From a virus (lineage: Duplodnaviria > Heunggongvirae > Uroviricota > Caudoviricetes): a DNA stretch of 13,126 bases. The position numbers and the translations under genes are program-made. Under the pieces are notes generated by a model, which was not told where the DNA came from, did not search any database, and saw nothing but the letters and a program-made list of their open reading frames with translations. Numbering within the stretch: the stretch's first letter is position 1; each line of letters starts with the position of its first letter. Positions 1-7,827 of this stretch are shown one piece after another. The stretch covers positions 1-13,126 of the IMG/VR virus record IMGVR_UViG_2718217868_000002; one strand, given 5' to 3'.

Positions 1-900
1 TTAACGCAACAGTGGACAATCTGGTGGTAATCGACAACGCAACGCTGCCGGAAGTATTTCAATATGAAAATTTTGCCCACTCAACGGTTCGCCATCAAGA
101 TTAAAGGTGATGTCGTGTGGTGCCTGAATATCAAACCACGACGAAGCGCCTTCGATAATATTCGGGTTATCTTCGTCAGATTTTAAGGTTGATACGAGAG
201 CCGGAAGTATTTCATCGCCGGTAAAAATGCGCAGTTGCAGCAAGCCATCGTTAATTAACGCGTTCGGACACAATTGCTGACCGCCACCGGCCTGACGCCC
301 GTTACCAATACCAATGACCAGGGCGTCACCTTGCCAGTGAAAGTTTTCACCGCGGATTTCACAACGGTCCGGTTGCAGAGTATCCATACGCATTAAGCCA
401 TGAATGATGTAAGAGACGCTACCCAGCGCGGCTTTTAATTTTTCCGGCGTTTCTGTGGTAATACGCGTCCCAAATCCGCCTGTCGCCATATTAATAAAAC
501 AGGTTTGTTTGTTGACCTGCGCCATATCTATCGCAATGGCGTCACCGGCAATTGCCAGTTTCAGCGCCTTATCCAGTGCCTCAGGAATCCCTACACTGGT
601 GGCAAAATCATTGGCGGTTCCTAATGGCAAAATTCCCAGCGCGGGTATGTCATCCCCCTCACACTGAATCAACGCCGTAGAAACTTCATTAATGGTGCCA
701 TCGCCACCACCGGCAATCACCGTTGCGACGCCCAACTTCCGGGCCTCCTCTACATATCGTGCGGCATCGCCTTTCTCCCAGGTGACCCGCACATGGATCG
801 TCATTCCTTCCTCACGCAACAGCATAATTGCTTCGCGCAAGGGTAGATTGTCAGTACTTTTGCCATTAAGAATCAGTAAGCTGGCGGGAAATTCTGCCAT
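1..900 (-). CDS. yegS: Lipid kinase YegS (diacylglycerol-kinase catalytic-domain family)
   Basis: 299-aa ORF on the minus strand, ATG at 898-900, TAA at 1-3. Glycine-rich nucleotide-binding motif [13 protein letters not shown]. Recognised from memory as E. coli YegS; GC-rich, host-like codon usage. Confidence 0.9.
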   Translation of the reverse strand: MAEFPASLLILNGKSTDNLPLREAIMLLREEGMTIHVRVTWEKGDAARYVEEARKLGVATVIAGGGDGTINEVSTALIQCEGDDIPALGILPLGTANDFATSVGIPEALDKALKLAIAGDAIAIDMAQVNKQTCFINMATGGFGTRITTETPEKLKAALGSVSYIIHGLMRMDTLQPDRCEIRGENFHWQGDALVIGIGNGRQAGGGQQLCPNALINDGLLQLRIFTGDEILPALVSTLKSDEDNPNIIEGASSWFDIQAPHDITFNLDGEPLSGQNFHIEILPAALRCRLPPDCPLLR

Positions 901-1305
901 GATCGTATGTGCCTTTATGATTGGTCTGTAGATAGTGTAGAGCAGAAAACAAAAGGTGGAGTCAGAACAGGATGAAAGTCGGAGGATAAAAAGTCAGTTC
1001 AAGTATGGAGGATTCAGTGGTTACCACCAGGAGCTTGCAATGGGGACAGCGAATACTAACGGCTGCCACCGATAAATTTCAAAAAAGAGCATATACCTAA
1101 TATTCAACTAAACAGTGGCATCTTCAATATAATATATTAAAGCCCCCATGGAGTTACCCTGAAGGGCCTCAATGTCCGTAATTCCTACTTATGTAGGAAA
1201 TGTTGTACAGAACATTTATTATAATCCTATTCAATTATAATAATCATGCCATTATTATATTTAAACACTAGAGAGTGTCGTTGGTATTTAATGGGGGAAG
1301 GTGAG

Positions 1306-1623
1306 ATGAAAAAGATAGCTGCTATATCATTAATTAGTATTTTTATTATGTCTGGTTGTGCTGTGCATAATGATGAGACAAGTATCGGTAAATTTGGTCT
1401 TGCATATAAAAGTAATATTCAGCGTAAACTCGATAACCAATACTACACCGAAGCCGAAGCTTCTTTAGCCAGGGGTAGAATATCTGGTGCAGAAAATATA
1501 GTAAAAAATGATGCAACTCATTTCTGTGTTACTCAGGGCAAAAAAATGCAAATAGTTGAGCTGAAGACAGAAGGTGTAGGATTACATGGTGTCGCTCGTC
1601 TGACATTCAAATGTGGAGAGTGA
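1306..1623 (+). CDS. yegR: Small putative lipoprotein YegR (105 aa)
   Basis: ATG at 1306 preceded by GGGGGAAGGTGAG (Shine-Dalgarno-like). N-terminus MKKIAAISLISIFIMSGC is a signal peptide with lipobox-like MSGC. The track ORF starts at 1246, but that extension lacks an RBS and precedes the signal peptide. AT-rich gene. Confidence 0.8.
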   Translation: MKKIAAISLISIFIMSGCAVHNDETSIGKFGLAYKSNIQRKLDNQYYTEAEASLARGRISGAENIVKNDATHFCVTQGKKMQIVELKTEGVGLHGVARLTFKCGE

Positions 1624-1685
1624 GAATATTTTTTGGTAAGCGTCAAATATGCGCGTTCTGGCTGTGCGTAGCCGGAACCTGTGGG

Positions 1686-1718
1686 AGCACGATGCCGATA
1701 AGTGAAAGGCATCGTGCT
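1686..1718. repeat. Perfect 11-bp inverted repeat (AGCACGATGCC / GGCATCGTGCT) with 11-nt loop; stable stem-loop in the host-side arm of attL
   Basis: Read directly: 1686-1696 is the exact reverse complement of 1708-1718. No T-tract follows on either strand, so it is not a canonical intrinsic terminator. Confidence 0.6.
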
Positions 1719-1782
1719 ATGAAGGAGGATTCTATCGATGTGGTCAATGGAAGACGGTTACCAGAGATAGGGCTTATGCATA

Positions 1783-1809
1783 AAAAAATAAGCCCGTGTA
1801 AGGGAGATT
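1783..1809. other. P2-type attachment core (attL junction) AAAAAATAAGCCCGTGTAAGGGAGATT
   Basis: 27-bp sequence matching my recollection of the phage P2 att core, lying about 80 bp downstream of the int stop codon, where P2 attP is expected. Flanked by a 7-bp inverted repeat GGCTTAT (1771-1777) / ATAAGCC (1788-1794). Confidence 0.6.
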
Positions 1810-1888
1810 TAGGGTGTCACCAGTAGGGGCTTTCAACGGTACAATGCGGGTTTGAGCGGCATAAATTACCACTGAAAGCCCTTAAACG

Positions 1889-2902
1889 TTACTCTACTGT
1901 GGACACTGTGTGGACACTCTCGGCCTCAGTACCACCTCTTAGCGGATTAAGAGAAATGGCGTCCTGAAGGTACTCTGGCGCAAAGTGAGCGTAAACCATA
2001 GTTTGCTCAATCCGCGTGTGACCTAGTATCCGTTGTAGCGTGATAATACTTCCTCCATTAATCATGAAATGAGTGGCAAAGCTGTGCCTTAGTGCATGTG
2101 TGGCTTGCCCCATTGGCAAATCCGGTTTTATTGCTTTCATTGTTCGTCTGAAGCGAGGGTAATCAGCATCAGGGAATAAAAAACCTCGTTTGTTATCCGC
2201 GATCATTTTGGCAACAGCCTCTGAGATCGGGACGGTGCGTGGTTTGTTTGTTTTCGTTTTAACAAACGTGACGCGGTTATGGATGATATTTTCTGCTTTC
2301 AAACGAGCTGCTTCTCCCCAACGTGCTCCAGTACTCAGGCAAAGAATCGCAATCTTTTTATTGTCGCCGTCAAGAGCAGCAAGCAGTAAGGCAATTTCTT
2401 CCTGCGTGAGATAGCCTGTGTCTGGTTTTTCCTCCTTAAGCCTTTTTGTCCCTCTGATAGGGTGCTCACCAAAGAATAACTCCGCTTCAATCAGGGCTGT
2501 AAACATGCCGCTAATACATGTTAAATCACGATTGATACTCGAAGGTTTAATACCCTGACTTCTTCGGGTGGCGCAGTACTGGCTGATAAGCGATTTCGTA
2601 ATTTGAAATGCGCATGGGTCATTCGTTATTTTTGTGAAGATTTCAATTTTTCCAAGATTAGATTTCCCATGCTCTTCGTGTTTACCCTTTAAATCCCACC
2701 AGATCTGTGTCAGCTCCGACAGACGTCGCTTGTCTGTTGGTTTTGATAGCCATTCTTTATTGTGGTGGTTGTACAACGTGTATTTCTCGAAAGCGACAGC
2801 TTCGCTTTTCTTATCAAACTTCCTACGGATGCGTTTTCCATTACGTCCAGTAGGGCGGATGTCCACTTCATATCGACCATCATCGAGTTTTTTGATTGCC
2901 AT
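1889..2902 (-). CDS. int: P2-type tyrosine integrase (337 aa)
   Basis: ATG at 2900-2902 (minus) with GGAGGG RBS upstream; TAA at 1889-1891. C-terminal catalytic region with HALRHSFAT...LGH...Y (R-H-R-Y tyrosine recombinase signature). Length and N-terminus MAIKKLDDGRYEVDIRP match phage P2 Int as I recall it. Confidence 0.95.
   Translation of the reverse strand: MAIKKLDDGRYEVDIRPTGRNGKRIRRKFDKKSEAVAFEKYTLYNHHNKEWLSKPTDKRRLSELTQIWWDLKGKHEEHGKSNLGKIEIFTKITNDPCAFQITKSLISQYCATRRSQGIKPSSINRDLTCISGMFTALIEAELFFGEHPIRGTKRLKEEKPDTGYLTQEEIALLLAALDGDNKKIAILCLSTGARWGEAARLKAENIIHNRVTFVKTKTNKPRTVPISEAVAKMIADNKRGFLFPDADYPRFRRTMKAIKPDLPMGQATHALRHSFATHFMINGGSIITLQRILGHTRIEQTMVYAHFAPEYLQDAISLNPLRGGTEAESVHTVSTVE
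1898..1918. repeat. Tandem direct repeat TGTGGACACT x2 (1898-1907 and 1909-1918); candidate arm-type Int binding sites (P' arm)
   Basis: Two 10-bp identical copies one helical turn apart, overlapping the 3' end of int. Assignment as Int arm sites is from recollection of P2 arm-site consensus (TGTGGACA-like), not verified. Confidence 0.4.
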
Positions 2903-3017
2903 CAGAAAACCCTCCGAGTGGTGTGTTTTTTGGCGACTACTAATCGCTTTTTTCGTGGTGGCTGAAATTTAGCCACCAATAGTAGGCACTTGTGATGAAT
3001 ATATTCACGATGAATTG

Positions 3018-3317
3018 TTAACCAGTCTTTTGACCGGAGTGGGGCGACGTTGTTTCGTTTTGCCCAAAGTGTGCGAGAGCGGGCGCAATTTGCCCGGACT
3101 CAGGAGCGATCTGATTGGTCATGAACCATAAAGTGTATTTGGTGAATTGTGGGGTCTGCAGGATGTTCATCATGACATCTGTTGGAGGTGTTGAACGACC
3201 ACTTTCATAGTAACTCAGCGTGCCATACGGAACCCCTGTTAAATCAGCAAGTTGTTGTCTGCTCAAATACTCTGATTTTCGCATTAAGACTATCTTCTCG
3301 CTTATCGTGTTTGACAT
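3018..3317 (-). CDS. C: Immunity repressor C (99 aa, P2 C-like, helix-turn-helix)
   Basis: 99-aa ORF divergent from cox; HTH-like segment LSRQQLADLTGVPYGTLSYYESG. Position (between int and cox) and size match P2 C. Confidence 0.9.
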   Translation of the reverse strand: MSNTISEKIVLMRKSEYLSRQQLADLTGVPYGTLSYYESGRSTPPTDVMMNILQTPQFTKYTLWFMTNQIAPESGQIAPALAHFGQNETTSPHSGQKTG

Positions 3318-3352
3318 GGTGTTTAGATCTCAATAGTATTTAGTTTAGATGT
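3311..3352 (+). promoter_or_regulatory. Early promoter Pe with C-operator direct repeats
   Basis: -35 TTGACA (3311-3316), 17-bp spacer, -10 TAGTAT (3334-3339). Two 10-bp direct repeats GTTTAGATCT (3321-3330) and GTTTAGATGT (3343-3352), 22 bp centre to centre, flank the -10. This is the P2-type arrangement of C operator half-sites, from memory of P2 biology. Confidence 0.55.
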
Positions 3353-3380
3353 AGATTGTTTAGTGCTTGGATGTGGGCAC

Positions 3381-3408
3381 TAAAAGGCATTATAAGGCAT
3401 TAAACGCA
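3381..3408. promoter_or_regulatory. Three phased cox-box-like repeats (TAAAAGGCA, TATAAGGCA, TTAAACGCA) overlapping a candidate Pc -10 (TATAAT on minus strand, 3389-3394)
   Basis: Tandem 9-bp repeats with about 10-bp periodicity upstream of cox; resemble the Cox recognition consensus TTAAA(G/C)NCA as I recall it. The Pc -35 is not convincingly identified. Confidence 0.45.
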
Positions 3409-3431
3409 ATTCATGAGGGCTGGAGGACGAC

Positions 3432-3707
3432 ATGAGCAAGCAAGTAACACTCATGACTGATGCGATTCCTTATCAGGAGTTCGCAAAACTAATAGGAAAA
3501 TCGACAGGAGCGGTTCGTCGGATGATCGATAAAGGAAAGCTGCCTGTAATTGATATGACCGATCCACAATCAGCTTCAGGTCGTGCAGGTGAATATTGGG
3601 TATACCTTCCGGCATGGAATAACGGACTAAAACTGGCTTATGAAAGCCGCCCTAAAGAGATTCGTGACGGCTGGTTGATGTGGTTAGGTCTCGGTGAACC
3701 ACGTTAA
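3432..3707 (+). CDS. cox: Cox (excisionase / Pc repressor, 91 aa)
   Basis: ATG at 3432 preceded by GGAGGA (3422-3427). 91 aa, first gene of the rightward early operon, as in P2. Confidence 0.9.
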   Translation: MSKQVTLMTDAIPYQEFAKLIGKSTGAVRRMIDKGKLPVIDMTDPQSASGRAGEYWVYLPAWNNGLKLAYESRPKEIRDGWLMWLGLGEPR

Positions 3708-3717
3708 GGAGAACCGT

Positions 3718-3888
3718 ATGAATGAGCCTCGTTGTATTGCTCAGTTACTGCGTAACGAAAGCCCCAGGGCGATTGACTTCAACATCACCCACGGTAAGGG
3801 GCGTAAGGGAATCATTATCCGCACCAAAAAACAGAGTCCGTTAAAAAAGGCTCTGACCTTTCTGAAAAGCCGGAGGGTATGGAAATGA
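3718..3888 (+). CDS. Small early protein, P2 orf78-like (56 aa)
   Basis: ATG at 3718 with AAGGAG RBS (3706-3711). Basic small protein. The track ORF start at 3694 overlaps the cox 3' end and lacks an RBS. Stop overlaps the B start (ATGA). Confidence 0.6.
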   Translation: MNEPRCIAQLLRNESPRAIDFNITHGKGRKGIIIRTKKQSPLKKALTFLKSRRVWK

Positions 3889-4385
3889 CAGTGATGACGC
3901 TCAATCTCGTTGAAAAACAGCCAGCAACTATGCGCCGGATAATTGGTAAGCATCTGGCCGTCCCTCGCTGGCAGGAGACATGCGATTATTATAATCAGAT
4001 GATGGAACGTGAACGGCTAACGGTTTGCTTCCATGCGCAGTTAAAACAGCGTCACGCAACGATGCGTTTTGAAGAAATGAACGACGTCGAACGTGAACGA
4101 CTGGTATGTGCAATTGATGAATTGCGTGGGGCATTCTCAAAACGCCGTCAGGTTGGCGCAAGTGAGTATGCATATATTAGTTTTTTAACAGTCAGTCAGC
4201 GTCGCACTTTATTTATGCACGCACGACTGACAGAAAAAGAATTTAACCAGCCATACTGGCGAATTAATGAAGAATCATGTTACTGGCGTGATGCTTTATT
4301 CCGTGCATTACGTGAATTATTCAGTCTGTTTGAGTATGCACCGACAATTCTGACGTCGGTAAAACCAGAGCAATATCTGCATTAA
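3885..4385 (+). CDS. B: Replication protein B (166 aa; P2 B-like, helicase-loader function)
   Basis: ATG at 3885 (7 nt after GGAGGG). Size and position match P2 gene B. Confidence 0.85.
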   Translation: MTVMTLNLVEKQPATMRRIIGKHLAVPRWQETCDYYNQMMERERLTVCFHAQLKQRHATMRFEEMNDVERERLVCAIDELRGAFSKRRQVGASEYAYISFLTVSQRRTLFMHARLTEKEFNQPYWRINEESCYWRDALFRALRELFSLFEYAPTILTSVKPEQYLH

Positions 4386-4448
4386 GTAATTAACCAGAGT
4401 TTTTAACGCACTTAATTGTGCGGGGCTTCTTTTTGCCTGGAGAAAGTC

Positions 4449-4673
4449 ATGCATACAGTTTCTGAAAATCAGTGCGGTATATACGCATTACTGCTGCAAC
4501 AGGCCAGAACCGAAGCACAGGCCGACGCTGCGACGCGCTTTTCTTCTCATCTTGACGCCATGATTCGCCACATCACAAAGGCGGAGTTATCCCGCGTGGA
4601 GATAGTCGAGCTGCTCAGTCAGGAGTCGGAAAAATTTCACAATATCGGATTGTCTCGTGGGGAGGTGCTTTGA
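4449..4673 (+). CDS. Hypothetical early protein (P2 orf80-like)
   Basis: ATG at 4449 after GGAGAAAG; stop TGA at 4671-4673 overlaps the next start. Start choice uncertain (track ORF begins at 4416). Confidence 0.5.
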
Positions 4674-4975
4674 TGTCCTGTTCTCATTCAGTTGTATTAC
4701 TGAATAACGCCTTAAAAATCGCCGTTATGGAAAATGGCGATTTGTCTCTTATTCAACTTGGTCTTGATAAAGAAAAGCGCGACATAACTGAATCTGTTAT
4801 CGCGATTTATCAGAGCGAATTAAACCTCCTGTCTGATGTGATCAATTTACTTGTGAAACGCGCTGTATTTCACAAGCAAATTTCCTCAGTGGATGAACTG
4901 ACAAAATTAACGACAGAACTCGCCAGCTATTGCGCTGATGAATTTAAGAAACTGAACGACAAAAGGAACTGGTAA
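4673..4975 (+). CDS. Hypothetical early protein (P2 orf81-like)
   Basis: ATG at 4673 (TGATG overlap with upstream stop), GGAGG RBS at 4661-4665; 100 aa. Confidence 0.6.
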   Translation: MSCSHSVVLLNNALKIAVMENGDLSLIQLGLDKEKRDITESVIAIYQSELNLLSDVINLLVKRAVFHKQISSVDELTKLTTELASYCADEFKKLNDKRNW

Positions 4976-5199
4976 TGCCGGACAACGTAGATTTCATTCA
5001 GGAACAACAGGCTGAATTACTGGAGCGCCAGATTAACGCGGCAAGGGTAAAACATTGCGGTGCTTCTGCGCTGGTTTGCGAAGAGTGTGACGCGCCAATA
5101 CCTGCTGCCCGTCGTGCGGCTTATCCGTCAGCCACGCGTTGTGTTTCCTGTCAGTCAGTCTTTGAAGCAAAAAACAAACATTACCGGAGAACGGCATGA
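4975..5199 (+). CDS. TraR/DksA-family C4 zinc-finger protein (P2 orf82-like, 74 aa)
   Basis: CEEC-x17-CVSC (Cys35/38 and Cys56/59) is the CxxC-x17-CxxC spacing of zf-DksA/TraR proteins. ATG at 4975 with TAATG overlap. Confidence 0.7.
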   Translation: MPDNVDFIQEQQAELLERQINAARVKHCGASALVCEECDAPIPAARRAAYPSATRCVSCQSVFEAKNKHYRRTA

Positions 5200-5471
5200 G
5201 TATTCGTATTGAAATTGGCGAACGTTATGTCGTTACCAGTGACAGCTTCCAGTTTATTCTCCACGAGAAAAAGAGAGCGGAAAGCGGTAAAAACGCCGGT
5301 CAGGAATGGCTGGCGGTGGTTGGTTATTACCCGAAATTAAGCCAGCTCGTTTCCGGCCTGATGCATCACGATATTCTGACCGGAAGCGCAAAGTCTTTTG
5401 CTGATTTAAACGCGCAGGTTGAGCAACTCAGCAAGCGTTGTTCAGAGGCTTTTGGCTCATATGGCCGTTAA
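5196..5471 (+). CDS. Hypothetical early protein (P2 orf83-like, 91 aa)
   Basis: ATG at 5196 (ATGA overlap with upstream gene), GGAGA RBS. Confidence 0.6.
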   Translation: MSIRIEIGERYVVTSDSFQFILHEKKRAESGKNAGQEWLAVVGYYPKLSQLVSGLMHHDILTGSAKSFADLNAQVEQLSKRCSEAFGSYGR

Positions 5472-7773
5472 AGCCTCCGGGCGTTTTGTCCCTCCGTCAG
5501 CATTTGCCGCAGGCACCGGTAAGACGTTTACCGGTGCTTATGCATGGAACGCGCCACGCGAGGCCGTCGGGCGCGAAAGACCCCTTACACGTGACGAGAT
5601 GCGTCAGGTGCAAGGTGTTTTATCCACGATTAACCGCCTGCCTTACTTTTTGCGTTCGCTGTTTACTTCACGCTATGACTACATCCGGCGCAATAAAAGC
5701 CCGGTGCACGGGTTTTATTTCCTCACATCCACTTTTCAGCGTCGTTTATGGCCGCGCATTGAGCGCGTGAATCAGCGCCATGAAATGAACACCGACGCGT
5801 CGTTACTGTTTCTGGCAGAGCGTGACCACTATGCGCGCCTGCCGGGAATGAATGACAAGGAGCTGAAAAAATTTGCCGCCCGTATCTCATCGCAGCTTTT
5901 CATGATGTATGAGGAACTCTGCGATGCCTGGGTGGATGCCCATGGCGAAAAAGAATCGCTGTTTACGGATGAGGCGCAGGCTCACCTGTATGGTCATGTT
6001 GCTGGCGCTGCACGTGCTTTCAATATTTCCCCGCTCTACTGGAAAAAATACCGTAAAGGACAGATGACCACGAGGCAGGCATATTCTGCCATTGCCCGCC
6101 TGTTTAACGATGAGTGGTGGACTCATCAGCTTAAAGGCCAGCGTATGCGCTGGCATGAGGCGTTACTGATTGCTGTCGGGGAGGTCAATAAAGACCGTTC
6201 TCCTTATGCCAGTAAACATGCCATTCGTGATGTGCGTGCACGCCGCCAGGCAAATCTGGAATTTCTTAAATCGTGTGACCTTGAAAACAGGGAAACCGGC
6301 GAGCGCATCGACCTTATCAGTAAGGTGATGGGCAGTATTTCTAATCCTGAAATTCGCCGGATGGAGCTGATGAACACCATTGCCGGTATTGAGCGTTACG
6401 CCGCAGCAGAGGGTGATGTGGGGATGTTTATCACGCTGACCGCGCCGTCAAAGTATCACCCGACACGTCAGGTCGGAAAAGGCGAAAGTAAAACCGTCCA
6501 GCTAAATCACGGCTGGAACGATGAGGCATTTAATCCAAAGGATGCGCAGCGTTATCTCTGCCATATCTGGAGCCTGATGCGCACGGCATTCAAGGATAAT
6601 GATTTACAGGTCTACGGTTTGCGTGTCGTCGAGCCACACCACGACGGAACGCCGCACTGGCATATGATGCTTTTTTGTAATCCACGCCAGCGTAACCAGA
6701 TTATTGAAATCATGCGTCGCTATGCGCTCAAAGAGGATGGCGACGAAAGAGGAGCCGCGCGAAACCGTTTTCAGGCAAAACACCTTAACCGGGGCGGTGC
6801 TGCGGGATATATCGCGAAATACATCTCAAAAAACATCGACGGCTATGCACTGGATGGTCAGCTCGATAATGATACCGGTAGGCCGCTGAAAGACACAGCT
6901 GCGGCTGTTACCGCATGGGCGTCAACGTGGCGCATTCCGCAATTTAAAACGGTTGGTCTGCCGACAATGGGGGCTTACCGTGAACTACGCAAATTGCCTC
7001 GCGGCGTCAGCATTGCTGATGAGTTTGACGAGCGCGTCGAGGCTGCACGCGCCGCCGCAGACAGTGGTGATTTTGCGTTGTATATCAGCGCGCAGGGTGG
7101 GGCAAATGTCCCGCGCGATTGTCAGACTGTCAGGGTCGCCCGTAGCCCGTCGGATGACGTTAACGAGTATGAGGAAGAAGTCGAGAGAGTGGTCGGCATT
7201 TACGCGCCGCATCTCGGCGCGCGTCATATTCATATCACCAGAACGACGGACTGGCGCATTGTTCCGAAAGTGCCGGTCTTTGAGCCTTTGACTTTAAAAA
7301 GCGGCATCGCCGCGCCTCGGAGTCCTGTCAATAACTGTGGAAAGCCTGCCAGCAGTGATACTTCGTTACCGGCTCCCACACCTTCTGAACATGCCGCAGC
7401 AGTGCTTAATCTGGTAGATGACGGTGTTATCGAATGGAGTGACCCGGAGGTTGTGAGGGCGCTCAGGGATGCATTAAAACACGGCCTGAAAACACCAAAT
7501 CGTCAGCAAAGAAACGGAAGCCCGTTAAAACTACATGAAATAGCACCGTCGGCCAGACTGACCAGGTCGGAACGAATGCAAATCACCCGTATCCGCGTTG
7601 ACCTTGTTCAGAATGGTATCAGGCCTCAGCGATGGGAGCTTGAGGCGTTGGTTCGAGGAGCGAGAGTAAATTATGGTGATATGTCATTCAAATTTCCAAT
7701 TGATGATCGATTTTATGATGATGTTAACTCTTTGAATTTATGGAGTATTGAGTCTCGTGTGAACTTCACATAA
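5461..7773 (+). CDS. A: Replication initiation protein A (rolling-circle initiator, P2 A-like)
   Basis: About 770 aa from ATG 5461 (MAVKASGRFVPP...); the track ORF begins at a TTG at 5419. Large GC-rich gene in the position of P2 A. The last ~35 codons (about 7665-7773) switch abruptly to AT-rich composition. Confidence 0.85.
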   Translation: MAVKASGRFVPPSAFAAGTGKTFTGAYAWNAPREAVGRERPLTRDEMRQVQGVLSTINRLPYFLRSLFTSRYDYIRRNKSPVHGFYFLTSTFQRRLWPRIERVNQRHEMNTDASLLFLAERDHYARLPGMNDKELKKFAARISSQLFMMYEELCDAWVDAHGEKESLFTDEAQAHLYGHVAGAARAFNISPLYWKKYRKGQMTTRQAYSAIARLFNDEWWTHQLKGQRMRWHEALLIAVGEVNKDRSPYASKHAIRDVRARRQANLEFLKSCDLENRETGERIDLISKVMGSISNPEIRRMELMNTIAGIERYAAAEGDVGMFITLTAPSKYHPTRQVGKGESKTVQLNHGWNDEAFNPKDAQRYLCHIWSLMRTAFKDNDLQVYGLRVVEPHHDGTPHWHMMLFCNPRQRNQIIEIMRRYALKEDGDERGAARNRFQAKHLNRGGAAGYIAKYISKNIDGYALDGQLDNDTGRPLKDTAAAVTAWASTWRIPQFKTVGLPTMGAYRELRKLPRGVSIADEFDERVEAARAAADSGDFALYISAQGGANVPRDCQTVRVARSPSDDVNEYEEEVERVVGIYAPHLGARHIHITRTTDWRIVPKVPVFEPLTLKSGIAAPRSPVNNCGKPASSDTSLPAPTPSEHAAAVLNLVDDGVIEWSDPEVVRALRDALKHGLKTPNRQQRNGSPLKLHEIAPSARLTRSERMQITRIRVDLVQNGIRPQRWELEALVRGARVNYGDMSFKFPIDDRFYDDVNSLNLWSIESRVNFT

Positions 7774-7776
7774 TAT
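7748..7776 (+). promoter_or_regulatory. Candidate sigma70 promoter for the cargo operon
   Basis: -35-like TTGAGT (7748-7753), 17-bp spacer, -10-like TAATAT (7771-7776), about 50 nt upstream of the SIR2 start. Weak matches; by-eye only. Confidence 0.3.
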
Positions 7777-7827
7777 GGGGCCGTTGTAGGTGTTTGAATA
7801 ATCAGACTTCAATTCAAAGGGATAATT

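Noticed and set aside
1246-1305. 60-nt N-terminal extension of yegR (track ORF start at 1246)
   Set aside because: The extension precedes the lipoprotein signal peptide and has no RBS; the internal ATG at 1306 has a strong Shine-Dalgarno sequence.
1611-1826. 71-aa plus-strand ORF spanning the yegR 3' end, the hairpin and the att core
   Set aside because: No RBS; overlaps the yegR stop, the 11-bp palindrome and the att core; composition is not coding-like. Most likely a chance ORF.
5419-5460. Upstream TTG start for gene A
   Set aside because: It would overlap orf83 by more than 50 nt; the ATG at 5461 gives the MAVKASG... N-terminus. Kept as an uncertainty.
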